Source: the human T2T-CHM13v2.0 reference genome, Homo sapiens. Taken from it: DNA of 64,000 nt. The stretch's first letter is position 1; every line of letters begins with the position of its first letter. The translations under genes were made by a program, and so were the position numbers. The stretch lies in assembly GCF_009914755.1 (NCBI RefSeq), contig NC_060934.1; one strand, 5' to 3'. Positions 43,869 to 59,339 of the stretch are shown here, one piece after another. Below the pieces are notes generated by a model. That model searched no databases. It was not told where the DNA came from and saw only the letters and a program-made list of their open reading frames with translations.

Positions 43869-44560
43869 TGTTCGTTATTTTAACAAAGTCTTCTCATGAA
43901 ACCACACCCAGACCAACGATAGTAGAAAAATCCAACACAAATAAAACAAAACAAAAAGCTGCCATGAATGATCTGTCTTGAGTTGGTCCATGGAGATTGG
44001 ATTAGTCAATGAATCAGACTTTTATATTCAAACTCCAAGTGAGTAAGAAAAAAATAAATCCTTTGATATATGCAAAATCAGGCCTGTTTTAGGATAATCT
44101 CATTAATTTAGTGAGTTGCCTAGACTACTGCTGAAGAATTTAGGCTGGCCTTTCTCATGAAGATCTCTTGTAGATAAAAATATATGCATTTGGAGCTCTG
44201 CTTCTTGGAATAATTTAAATGAGCCTACCTGTAGGTAGTGTGGTGTGTTCTTGATCTGTATTTGACTGAGGATGGTAGATATGGGTTATGATTTGGTAAC
44301 GAAGCTTGGAAAACCAAGAACTATCATGGGTTGGAGGTCCAGGGAAGTTGTGGAAGTCAGCACAGTGGCACAGGCAACCAGCCATCCAGAATTTAAAGGT
44401 CAAGGTGAATCAATGGGTTTAAAGCAGTCAACCAAAGCATCTGTGAATAATGAATCGAGAGTTTAGGTCGACCAGGAGGCCAGAAACTAGGTATGCTGAG
44501 AGCAAACAGACTGAAAGGTGTATGAAAGGACAAGCTATGGTGGATAGAATACTTAAGGGA

Positions 44561-45986
<1,426 letters not shown>

Positions 45987-46043
45987 GGTGCATCAGCCAA
46001 CAAGAAGTCCCTCTATTTGCAGGTCCTCTTTGTCCTGTCAATT

Positions 46044-46270
46044 TCTTTCTTTTAATTTCTTTTTTCTTTTTTTGAGATGGGGTCTGGCTCTGTCGTGCAG
46101 TGGGAAGATCTCGGCTCACTGCAACTTCTGCCTCCTGGTTCAAGTGATTCTGGATTCTCCTGCCTCGGCCTCCCAACTAGCTGGGGCTATAGGCGTGTGC
46201 CACTACACCAGGCTAATTTTTGTATTTTTAGTGGAGATGAGGTTTCACCATGTCGGCCAGGCTGGTCGCC
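46044..46270 (-). mobile_element. 5'-truncated Alu
   Basis: Ends at caggctggtc; flanks share caatttct. Confidence 0.9.
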
Positions 46271-46806
46271 AATTTCTGACAGAGGCCAAGTGTCCCATAT
46301 AAGTGAAATATTTACTTAACCCAAGGCTCAATGTGTTCCTAAATTTGCAAGCAGTCCTCTTCCTCATTTGCAATAAAGCAAAGTTCATCCTCCCCTGAGC
46401 CGAGGCAACCGTGAAATTGACAAGCCAGGAGCTGGGAAATGACCGATGCAAAGAAGAGCAATGCCCTTTAACGCTTCAATAGAAAAAAAACGTAATTACA
46501 TCCTCCTAGGCCATGAAGGCATTGAAAATCTATAAGGACAATGAGCTTAGACTTGATTGTTCGAGTCATCAAAAAAACCCAGAATATATATATATTTTTT
46601 TCCAGAAAAATGTTTCTGGGTAGTATAATTTGAGGTAAATTATACTAAAATATAATTCCCTAGAGAAGAAGGAAATTGGTTTGAGGTATTGGTTATTTCC
46701 CTCTTGTTGCAGAAACAAAAGTGGTGATTTAGAATTCAGAGACCAGGAGATACCTAGGAGGTGAGAGCCATCTGTTAGATCTGTTAATGTTTCTTAATAA
46801 ACTGGG

Positions 46807-47135
<329 letters not shown>

Positions 47136-47458
47136 CTAGGGGTCTCGGTAGTGAGCCACTGATGAGGGGCAAGTCTGAGGGCCCCTTCCTGAGTCTGACC
47201 ACGGTGAAGTGGCCTGGGGTGCTTTCTGCAGGGGGCACGCCAGCTCCTTCAGCAAAACCCAGGACAGATTTCAAAGCGTTAAAACCAGAGCAGCCCACAT
47301 GGCGGGGTTTTATGAAGTCGAACGTGTGTCCAGAGCCCAGGGGTGAAGTTTCCCCTTGTGGCCAGGTGAACAGCCCCTTCCTCATTTCATGTGTGATGGA
47401 TGGAAGCACCTACCTGTGGGCATCCAACCCCCAACCCTTTCAGTTCCAGATACTGACC

Positions 47459-48030
47459 TATTTTTATTGTGGTAAAATATACGTAATACAAACTTTACAA
47501 TTTTAACCATTTTTAAATGTGCCGTTCAGTGGCATTAAGTATATTCACAGCGTTGTGCAGCCATCTCCAGAAGTTTTTCAGATTGCAAAACCGACCTCTG
47601 TACCCATTAAACAGTAACTTCCTATTCCTCCCCTCTCCATCTTCTGGTAACTCTGTTTTGCTTTCTGTCCCTGTCGGTTTGACAATTCTTCGTAGCTCGT
47701 ATAAGAGGAAACATATTATTTGTTTTTTTGTGACTGGCTTATTTCACTCAGCATAAGGTGCTCAGGGTTCATCCGTGGTGTAGCATGTGTCAGAATTCGC
47801 TTCCTTTTTAAGGCTGAGTAATGTTCCATTGTATGGAGAGACCACATTCATCCATCAGCGGGCACTTGAGTTGTTTCCACTTTTTGGCTACTGTGACTCA
47901 CGTTGCTGTGACTAAGAGTGTGTAAATATCTCCCCAAGTCCCTGCTTCCCATTCCTTTCGGGATTTACCCAGGAGTGAGACTGCTGGATCCCATGGCAAT
48001 CCTGTGTGTAATTTGGGGGAAGCTCTGTGC
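47459..48030 (-). mobile_element. L1MB-type 3' fragment
   Basis: ttcagtggcattaagtatattcaca and gtgactggcttatttcactcagcata motifs. Confidence 0.85.
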
Positions 48031-49286
48031 TGTTAGATACTGATCTTTCCCACCTACTATTTCTGCCACAGGCAGCGCTTGCTCCACTCCTGAAGCAGGC
48101 AGGGACGCTGCCCACAGACATGCCTGCTGACATCTAGGAGTGGCTTAGCCTCATGAGCCCTGCTGGTGTGGGCTTCAGGTAACCCTGTGCTCCTTTGACT
48201 CCCAAGGTGGCTGGCTCACCCTGACCTTTCCTCCGTCTGCTTGGTTTGCCTTCGCATTCCGGGCTGGAGTGGGAGCTTAGCTCTGAAGTCCGGCTCACGT
48301 GTTTGGCCCCTAGGCCCCAGCCTTGCCCTCGGGTGTCCCTCCTCCTGCATACTTGGGGCTGGCTGATCTGCTCACTGGGACCCTGGAGCCTTGGTGGTAA
48401 GGTCAGCTGGTCTCTCTACTCAGGACCATGGGACAGGGAAGGAGGCTGGAATGGAGGACGCCTGCTGAGCACCTCCCACTGGCCTTGGGTGGTTTGAGGG
48501 GTTGGTGGCTACAGGCTGATTCTGGCTCTAGACTCATTTAAATCTCCTTGAATGTAGGTAGTCTTCAGGGAGTGGGTGTGAGTTCAGGTCAGGCCTAAGA
48601 GCCTGGAAAGCCAGGCATATGCTAAGGTTGGGATGCCGGAGAGAGAATAGGATCCTTTTAGATGTGAAGAAGGGCCCTGAGCTGGGAGCAGGGTTAGCAA
48701 AAGCCAGCCATGGAACCATGTCGCAGCCCTGGCAGGCACCAGTCTCCACGGGAAAGCAGAGAACAGGTCCAGGCTGAGGGCATAAGCCCACTGGGTTGGC
48801 CTGGGTTTGGGAAGAAACAACCACAGCCTAGGGCACAGGAGGGCCCCTGGCCCATCCTAAGCCTTTGACACAAGCTTTAGAGCAGGTTTACACTGCTCAC
48901 TAGCGTACAGCCGCCCTCTAGAAGTCTGCCAGCCCTGGCGATGCTGATTTAGGAACTGAGCAGGCTGGCAGCTTTTCACACCTGCAGCTGGGAGGGATGA
49001 GAAGGTGCAATCTGGCAGGACAGCACCAACTGGCTCCAAACGAAGCCCCTCCCCAGCCCCACTGTCCCGACACTGCAGCCACCCGTGGCTTTGGTCATCT
49101 CTGTTGTCTAGAACTGAGAGTTTCTAGGGGCTGCTTGGATTCTGCACAATGACTGCAGGCTCCCTTCCACAGGCATAGACATTACAGCCACGGCAGCAAG
49201 CCTCTCCCACCTGGGTCCTCCCTTCCTGTGGTCCCAGGGTGTCAGCCCTGGCTGCCCATGGGGGTCCCCTGGGAAGTTTTAAGCAA

Positions 49287-49790
49287 GTATGTTTATTGCG
49301 GCACTATTCACAATAGCAAAGACTTGGAACCAACCCAAATGTCCAACAATGATAGACTGGATTAAGAAAATGTGGCACATATACACCATGGAATACTATG
49401 CAGCCATAAAAAATGATGAGTTCATGTCCTTTGTAGGGACATGGATGAAATTGGAAATCATCATTCTCAGTAAACTATCACAAGGACAAAAAACCAAACG
49501 CTAAATGTTCTCACTCATAGATGGGAATTGAACAATGAGAACACATGGACACAGGAAGGGGAACATCACACTCTGGGGACTGTTGTGGGGTGGGGGGAGG
49601 GGGGAGGGATAGCATTAGGAGATATACCTAATGCTAAATGACGAGTTAATGGGTGCAGCACACCAGCATGGCACATGTATACATATGTAACTAACCTGCA
49701 CATTGTGCACATGTACCCTAAAACTTAAAGTATAACAATAATAATAAAAATAAATAAATAAAAAAAATAAATATAAGGAAAAAAAAAAAA
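49287..49790 (+). mobile_element. L1PA3-like 5'-truncated insertion inside a MER5-family element
   Basis: MFIAALFTIAKTWNQPKCPTMIDW ORF2 end; ctaaatgacgagttaatgggtgcagcacacc is not the L1HS ACA form; MER5 continues as agagattctgattttattggtctggg. Confidence 0.93.
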
Positions 49791-49998
49791 AGAAAAGCTT
49801 TTCCCTGCACCCCGCTCCTAGAGATTCTGATTTTATTGGTCTGGGGGAGGGACTCAGTATTGTTATTTTTGAGAAGCATCTCAGGGTTTCTAGGGTACAG
49901 CCAAGGAGAAGAACCACTGCTGTAGACCCCTAGATCACCAGGTCTTGGTGGCTTGCAGATGAGTTCTTCAATTCACAATGGAACCTAAGGGTTTCGGT

Positions 49999-50135
49999 CA
50001 GTGGTTCTCATACCTGTATGAGAATCACCTGCAGGGCATGGAAAAACATGTCTGTAGGGCCTGGGAATTTGCATTTCAAACAGGTTACCAGGAGAGGCTG
50101 ATGTTCTGGCTATGTGACTACACTTTGAGAGCCAT
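49999..50135 (+). mobile_element. MER5-family fragment
   Basis: cagtggttctca...gaatcacctg...cactttgaga. Confidence 0.7.
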
Positions 50136-50719
50136 AGATCTAGGCCCTCAGATCTCATAGATCTCATAGATCTAGGCTCGTAGCTCAACCTTAGTTCTTG
50201 GACTTAGGGTGATTGAGAGAAATAGAAGCAAGCTGTGTCCGTCACTGTACTTAATGTTTACAGCTTCATATTTTCACATGGCTTCGAAAGATCTGCCACT
50301 TTACCTCTGAACTATCGTGGGATAGAAACCCCAGCAGAGCAACTGGCCCATGGAAGGAGTTAATAAACGATCCTTCCCCCATATGCAGAATGGAAAATCG
50401 ACACTTAAGAAACTTCCACCCAACTTTTTCCCACCCCTCCCATGAAAAAGTTAAATCGTGAAAAGAAATATTTTGTTTAAAGTAACAGGATGTCTCCTTC
50501 CACCATGAGGGCCCACTTACAGACTTGAAAAGCCTGAATATTAGTAACATGCATTTATTTCTACATTAAAGTCATTTCTTAATGATGTGATATTTCAGTA
50601 CTTGAGTTCGCCCAACGTCAGGAACCAAGCAGCCAAGCTGAGACCCTGATCACTCCCTCCTTTGTCTCTGGATGGGAGACTAGAATATTCAGAGGTTACA
50701 ACCTGCGGCCAACAGAGCA

Positions 50720-50880
50720 TTTTGACTCATTATAGAAATGAGTGACTCATCCATGGGTCATTTACTCATCCATCTCTCTTCCCCGACCACAAGGAAACTG
50801 CAGGGGACACACTTACTTTTCTTTAACTCGACGCACAAAGAACACAAATGTTGCTGATTCTGAGACCTGACTTCCTGTTA
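50720..50880. promoter_or_regulatory. Candidate enhancer: AP-1 x2, RUNX, NFAT/ETS motifs
   Basis: TGACTCA at 50723 and 50743; ACCACA at 50786; AGGAAA at 50792; ACTTCCTGT at 50870. Confidence 0.5.
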
Positions 50881-51644
50881 TTAAAGAGGACATCGTACAA
50901 TTTAACAGAACAAGATTTCTAAGCAAAGCAGAAGGTCTAATGATTTCAGAGTTTGCTTCCTACCCACAATTAACTAGGTCACAGTTGTAAAGGAAGAGAA
51001 AAAATAAATCACTCCAAACCAGGAGCACTCAATGTCATCGTGGCCAAAAAATAAACACTTCAGTTTTTCTTTTTTAAAAGAGGGGACTCTCAATTTAACA
51101 GAAACAAGCACATTTGATATACGCTAGAAAATAAAAAAAATCTGATCAGACAGTAGACAAAAGCAGTGTCTCAGGCCCACTTATTTAATAGTTACACAAA
51201 ACAGAGGAGTGAAAATAATGTACTTCATATCTAAAGGCTACAATATGCCTTGTATCCATGCAGAACACTTCTTTAGTATTATACACAACCGTAAAGACTC
51301 CCATTTGGTCATGTAGGAGTTACAGAGTTTTTAAGGCCCAGGACTGCTCAGGTCTGTAGGACTTCGCAATTTGGCAAATGTGAAATTCTCATAGTGGACT
51401 CTTTGACCGTGGTAGGATGTCACAGAGGAAGAGATCCTTTTAGAGTGGATTGTATTTTTAAGTATCCCCAGTGCCCAAGAAAGGAATGCTTTCAGACAGG
51501 GACATTTCAATGTGTTTAGTCCCTTCCTTTCTCTCTTATGATCACCTCCACCAGGAGGATTTTGTTTCTCTTTGAGTGGGTTGTACAGTCACTACTAATT
51601 TTGTCTAAGTGTTTGCATAAAATAGCTGTGGGAAAGATAATTAA

Positions 51645-51900
51645 TGGATGGATGGATGGATAGACAGATATCTACATATATACATAGATAGATGAATGGA
51701 TGGGTACATGGATGGATGAATTGGTGGATAGATACCGATGGATAGATACCGATAGATCGATAGATAGATAGGTCTCTATAGATGAACAGATGGATGGATA
51801 GATAGATGGATGAACAGAGAGATCTCTATGTAGATTTCTATAGAGATCTATCTGCCTATCCATCCATCTATCTATCTATCTACCTACCTACCTACCTACC
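51645..51900. repeat. Compound (TGGA)/(TAGA) microsatellite that switches to (TCCA)/(TCTA)/(CCTA)
   Basis: Direct reading. Confidence 0.95.
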
Positions 51901-52239
51901 TGAAACAAAGATGAAAAAGAAAAATAACCTATGAGCATGGACGTCAGAGAGGATACTTTAGATCCTCGACCTCAAAATGCCCTTTATAGGCTCCAGCCTC
52001 AGCAACTACATGGGAACTTGGAGGAATGCAGACTGCATCTGCATTTAGTAAAACCCCCAGATGATTCCATTATAAACTGACGCTTGAGAAGGTGTGCTTT
52101 AGGACAGTGATTTTCAGTAACTTTTTTTTTTGTCAATTACGGAAATCTTTTCCCAAATGAAATATTTGGTGGGGACATAAGAAATATCTTAGAAGCAGAG
52201 CTCTGGTTGACCAGGGGTGAGGGGGGTCTCAGTCTTCCA

Positions 52240-52251
52240 GCCCCCTAGTGG
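52240..52251 (-). promoter_or_regulatory. Candidate CTCF site
   Basis: Minus strand tgCCACTAGGGGGCtg: 12/12 match to CCASYAGRKGGC. Confidence 0.62.
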
Positions 52252-52445
52252 CACCTCCCATCCCACACTGCGTCTTGGCGGTAGTGGCTCCTGCTTCTGA
52301 GTGGGTATCAGGGGTCCTGGTGTTTTTGATTATGTTGCACCCTAACACCTACCAGCCCAGAGGCTACCATGTTGATTCTTCTGAACAAAGAAGCCCTGGC
52401 ATATTATGGATGCTCAGGTGATATTAGATGATCATTAGTAATTGA

Positions 52446-52715
<270 letters not shown>

Positions 52716-52868
52716 AATAATTGATTTTAAATAAGAATACATGGACAGGTACAGCTCAGTTGTTCCAGAGATGGGCATCAGAGGGGAAATGGAAGCATGG
52801 AGACAGCCTATTGATGATGAGAGGAAGACAAGACAGAGGGCAGAGAGATGGGAGTGGCCCTATAGTTA

Positions 52869-53018
52869 AGAGTTGCCAGATAAAATACAGGACACCCAGT
52901 TACATTTGAATTTCAGACAAACTCCATGGAACATGCTTAGATGAAAGAATGATTCATTGTTTATTGAAATTTGATGTAACTGGGCATCCTGTATTTTCAT
53001 TTGCTGAATCTGGCAACC
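52869..53018. mobile_element. MER53 (palindromic hAT MITE), centre partly deleted
   Basis: gttgccagataaaatacaggacacccagtta ... taactgggcatcctgtatttt...atctggcaac. Confidence 0.88.
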
Positions 53019-53119
53019 AGACCTAGAGTTCCTTTCTAAAGGGACACTTTTCTCAGCAGCTTGGATTCCAAGGGTCTCACTCTAGGTTAGACCCCCATTT
53101 AGATTCGCTCTGGAGAGTT

Positions 53120-53320
53120 TTCTGAAGTCAGACTACCTGGGTTCAAACCCTGGATCTGCCACTGCTGGCTGCGTAACCCTGGACAAAGGACTTAATCTCT
53201 CTCCATTCTCTGTTTTCCTATTCTAGAAAGTGGGGTTAGGAATAAGAGCCAACCTCAAAGGGCTGCTCTGAGGATCAGAGGAGAAAATAGCTGCATAGAT
53301 TAAGCACATAGAAAGAGCTC
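53120..53320 (+). mobile_element. MIR
   Basis: gaagtcagactacctgggttcaaaccctggatctgccact. Confidence 0.78.
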
Positions 53321-55759
53321 ATTAAAGGTACTTTCTATTCTTGGCTGTGCTTCTGGGTCTCAGTAACTTCCCTCTCTGCCTGGATTTGCTCCTGGCCATT
53401 TTCTTGGAGAGTGACACCCATCCAGAGGGGAATGTGGGACAAGGAGAGAGGAGGAAGTAAGGACTGAGAAGGCCCAGAGACGTGCCTTCCTCTTCTTTCC
53501 AGGGTCCTGGCCTGTCTTGTCTGTTGGGCGGGTATGCTTCCTTCCTGGCCTTCCTTGTGGAGCATGTCTGGGAGTGTGCTAGGAAATGAGGGAGGAAAAT
53601 ATGTAACTTGATATCTGCTCCTTGACCCTGGCTGACCTGGTTAACTCTCTCCAGGATGGAAGCAAAGCCTGCCCGGGAAACCTTCCATTGCAGGAACATC
53701 TCGGCCTGAAGCTGTCATCAGGAGCAGGATCTGCTTCCTGGACTCTGAGCAGAACAATGGGAGCCCCAGCAGGCTGGCGAGGCTGACAAGCCCTAGGACG
53801 GTGACCTCTCCGATCTCCAGATCGGAAACTCAGAAACGTGTAAGTGCCAGAATCCGCATTTGGGAATCTGTTATTTCTCCCTCTGCGAGTCAACCTGATC
53901 ACCCTGGAAGCCTCACTGTCTCTCAGCCCTTGTTCCCATTTTTCTTTCCATGAACACCGCAATCAGATACGAGATTCCAGTAATGATGGTTCTTGAAAAT
54001 TAAACAAATCAAAAAGAAAGCCAGCCAAGGTATGGAGTGGGGGACCTCTAAGTTCCCCTGGAGGAGACACTGGGGCCAGGTTCCGAGGTGCATTCGGAGC
54101 CAGAATCCCTAATGGAATTGAACAATTATCCTGAAGCTGCTCTCTGAAAGCCGCGGTTTTCCTAAAACACTGTGCTTGGCGTGCCTGGGCTTCTTGGCAC
54201 TGGCCCATGACCCACAGCAGCAAATCGTTCCCAGGAAGCTATTGTTATTTGTGTATCTGATAGCATTCAGCTGAGTACACTGACAGCAACATTTAGAAAG
54301 GAAAAGAAAAAAGAAGCGTAGAGTGAAAAGGACAAAAAGGAGGCTTCCAACATCCTGGTGGGAACAGAAAACCAGCAAAGCCTCTTTTCCAGCCCTTATC
54401 CTTGTGAGTTTGGACTCTGCAGAACTGTCATCCCCCAGGCATAGCTGCAGCTTGTATGAAGGTGGGCATCAGGCGCGGAGATTCAGGACAGTGTGCACCT
54501 GCTTTCCTCCAACGGGACCCCCTCTGTTCTTCCCAGGAATGCCTGTAAACTGCCACTGCCTCTAGGGGCTGCACCAAGTCCCTGTGTACTCCCAGGACAC
54601 AATGGAGTGGAATGGAGTGGCTCTGTTCTGTCAGGGCCTAACATTCCAAATGAATTCATTCCCTTCTGGGAAAAAAGAACCACCTTGCTCAGAGCACAAT
54701 GTTCCCATGTCTTGGCTTACCTTGAAGCATTTTTGATACACCTGTTGGGACAATACGTTCTGCCAAGAGAAGGGAAGTAGCATACTTTGTTCTATTTTTT
54801 ACTCTCAATGGGCTACATTTCCATTGTGTTGGTTTCCCTTACAGAAAGTAACACACACAGAAGAGAAGGTTATAGGATTCCATGCTGCTTGGCAAAGGCA
54901 CAAAATATGTGCACATATTTACATGGAATATGAGGGTAAACTAGAAAATTAAGGGTAATCTAAAATAGAAAAAAAGAAGAAAACAATAAGTTAAAAGTAT
55001 GAAAAGACATCCAGAATGAGCAAGTTACTGAGGTTGTGCCTCAACTTTAGCTTGAGTTTCCTGGCAGCAAAGGTAAAAACGTAAGTACATTGAATCACAT
55101 ACTTCTTATTATCTTCTAAAAGGAATTAACGGAGTGGAATATATAAAAAGCACTGAATAACATAAGGAACAAGATCTTCAATGGTCATTTTGAAAAAGCC
55201 TCAGAAGCGTGCTTATAGATGTTTCTTCTGCTGGCTTTCTCAGCAAGATGATACTAAGATACCATCCTAACCACCTCATCTCTGCCTATAGCCCAGGCTA
55301 TGCCTAGACATGCCTGGAGCTATGCCAGTGGTTCAAGGGGTTTCTACAAACACTTGCTTCTACCTTTGCTTTAAATTGGTTTCTTCTCCTCTGATTTCTC
55401 TGGTCCCCACCTGTTTCTTGATTCTCCAGCTATATTTGACACATCTAACCGGATTCATGAGTCTTTAGCCTGTCTGTGGGCTGGCTTGCGGGCTCACTGA
55501 CCCCAGCAAACTCCCATGCCTGGCCTTGGGTCCTGCCCACCCACCTCCATGTCCTGCCTAAGTCTCGGGTCACATGGCCAGCCCCAGTCCAGGCCGAGAA
55601 TAGGTTACTGCTCATTCAAAACAAAATGACACTAAACATTAGCCCTCAATAGAGAGGAATTAAATCTTAACTTTGTAAAATAATTTCAGCAGGGAGTTGA
55701 GAAAATACAGCATAACTATGTTGATATTTGATTATTTAATTTAATAAAGATCTAGTGTA

Positions 55760-56081
<322 letters not shown>

Positions 56082-57096
56082 TTAAAGTAATGACTAGCCA
56101 ACATATCCATTGATCTGCTTCTCTTGGGTGTCCTATGTCCCTACAAAACTTTGGGCTAAGTGCTAGAAGGTAGTGAATTCAAAGTTGCCTTATCCGGCAA
56201 GAGACAGTGAGGACATCCTGAGTTTAAAACTGAAGAGTTGCATCTCTGCTGTGGATGTGACTAGTGTGAGCTGCTGTTTAGAAGGGACAATGGAGAAGCC
56301 TGACTTGCCTCCTCCCCCAGCAGGGACATCATTCTATTTGACATCGTGGTGAGATCCAGAGTTCCTCAGGGTTTAGCCAACGTTTCCATCAGAAAAGGAG
56401 CTGTGAATCCATTCAAGTTCTTGCTCAAGGACTTGGCTGGGACCCCAGAATTCCACTCCATCTAGCATGAAAGAGATGATTTAGAACTGAAAGGTTTTAG
56501 TCCAGCTGTTACCAGTCAGCCACCTTGATCATAAAAGAACCTCTGTTTGGCTCTTGTGCAATCTCTAGTTTTAAGTAGGACCACACGCTGCTGGTCTGCA
56601 AATTTGAGTTAGCAAAATATACCTCTACGTGGTAGGGTGATTGTTCTATTGGCTGAAATTGCTTGATTTGTTCTGTTTTAACACCATCAATGGAGAATAT
56701 CTTCCCAAAACAAAAAACTGTTGCTGATGATATTAATAAGTTGTTCTATCAGGCAATAATTAGACCAGAGGTTCAGTTGCTTCTGAAGTTGTTGTCCTAT
56801 TGCTAGGTAATAAAACCATGTTCTCAGCAAAGAGGATGTCATCTTCCTGTTTCCTCTAGCTGGAGGACGTGTATTCAATGTATTCAAATATATTTTAAAA
56901 TTTGCATTTGACCTGTCAGAAGAGGTTTTTTTTTAAAAAAAATATATATTCTGATTTAGCACTAGGATTATGCTGCAGCTGGAGGGCCTGAGGATCTATT
57001 TTAAGATTAGTTTTTTTTGTAGCAAGATGTTTCCTTTTTATGAAAATCAAGCCTGGGGCAGGGGAGAATATGTAGATATTTAGGGTGGGACAGTCC

Positions 57097-57653
<557 letters not shown>

Positions 57654-58380
57654 GGACAGTGCTCTTTTACTTGTAGAAATTGAAAACTGGCATCTTAGGC
57701 AATGTTATTCTTTAAAGTTGGATTATAAAAATAGAGATATTTCATATCTCTCACTCTGTTTCTCTCTCACATACGCACATACAGACATATGTATTTTTTC
57801 CTTAAATATAAGAACAACGCATACATACATTTTCTTTTGTAAAGTTAGAAGATCCAGGAACACCGGCCCTGGTTTTCCCGTGGCACAGCTGAGTAGTAGC
57901 TGGCCTCACCTGCTGGGGCAGGAGTTTTCCAGGTTGCAATGTGCCTCTTTCTGTATTTTCCTGCTACATTTCTTCCCTGCCTGGCTTTGACACATATTTG
58001 AGTTTATAATGCCTCTATGAGGTTGTATTTTCTAAGGTGACTAGAGTGAACAGAAGTACAGCCACAGGAGTTAAGATAAAGGATTAGGTCTTATGTGTAC
58101 CATCTGGGATAGAAACCAACTCTCAAACATAGCCAATTTCTGACCACTGGATCTCGTAAGGACAGAAGTTTTCTTGTACTGCATGGGCCCCACTCTAAGA
58201 TACATGAGACATGTTTCTCTTATGCCACCTTAAGGCCATTGACAGAAGAAAAAAGGAAGTCACAGAGTCCCGAAGATATTTTTGTTTGCTCTTAGGTATG
58301 TTGGTTTAATACCATCAAGGAGAACACAGAACACCCAACCAGAGATTCTACTAGAAATAAAGGGCGAGTAAGATGATCTG

Positions 58381-58673
58381 GGCTGGGCGTGGTGGATCAC
58401 ACCTGTAATCCCAGCACTTTGGGAGGCCTAGGCAGGTGGATTGCTTGAGGCCAAGAGTTTTGAGACCAGCCTGGCCAACATAATGAAACCCTGTCTCTAC
58501 TAAAAATACAAAAATTAACTAGGTGTGGTGGTGCACGCCTGTAATCCCAGCTGCTTAGGAGGCCGAGGCACAAGAATCACTAGAACGTGGGAGGTGGGGG
58601 TTGCAGTGAGCTGAGATTGTGCCACTGCACTCCAGCCTGGGCAACAGAGCAAGACTCTGTCTCAGACAAACAC
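58381..58673 (+). mobile_element. AluS/J with eroded tail
   Basis: TSD aagatgatctg at 58370-58380 and 58674-58684. Confidence 0.94.
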
Positions 58674-59014
58674 AAGATGATCTGCAGATGGACGCTATGG
58701 CTGAACCAAAAGCCATAGGATCTAGGTATTGCCCCGAGAGTAATGTCAAATGGCACGGCATGTGGCCTTGGGAGCTGAGGTTCTGCTCGTTGACAATTGG
58801 TCTTCAGGAAGCCAAGTTGACCAGTAGGCTGACATAAGCACACCATTCTACGTTGTTGATTTCAAATCGACAAGTGCCCGTATGCATTTCCAGACTGCTT
58901 TTTTTTTTTTTTCTTAATGAGCTCCTCTCCCTAAATGCTCTGCTACTTGACAACCCAGAGCTGGGGCTCAGCAGGGGAGGAAGCGCCCTCTCCTCGTCCT
59001 CCCTTTAAGGATGG

Positions 59015-59339
59015 CATCTTAGCCTCTCCATGCTGCTATAACAAATCCCATAAACTGGGGAGCTTACAAACAACAGAAGTTTATTGCTCATAGTTCTGGA
59101 AGCTGGAAAGTCTAATATTAAGGCAGATTCGGTGCCTGGGGAGCACTCACTTTCTGGCTTACAAGCAAAACTTTCTTCCTGTGTCCTCACATGGTGGAAG
59201 GGACTACTGAGCTTTTGAGGGCCTCTTTTATAAGGGCACTAACTGTCTCCCAAAGGCCCCATCTCTTAATGCCATTACTTTAGGGGATAGGATTTCAATA
59301 TATTAATTTCAGAGGAACAAAAACATTCAGACCATAGCA
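59015..59339 (-). mobile_element. MLT1A-like solo LTR
   Basis: aaacaacagaagtttattgctcatagttctgga...acattcagaccatagca. Confidence 0.85.

Noticed and set aside
49287-49790. Possible human-specific or polymorphic L1HS
   Set aside because: The 3'UTR has the older GAG-type diagnostics, not ACA, and no clean TSD.
50149-50173. gatctcata tandem repeat
   Set aside because: A trivial 9-bp slippage duplication.
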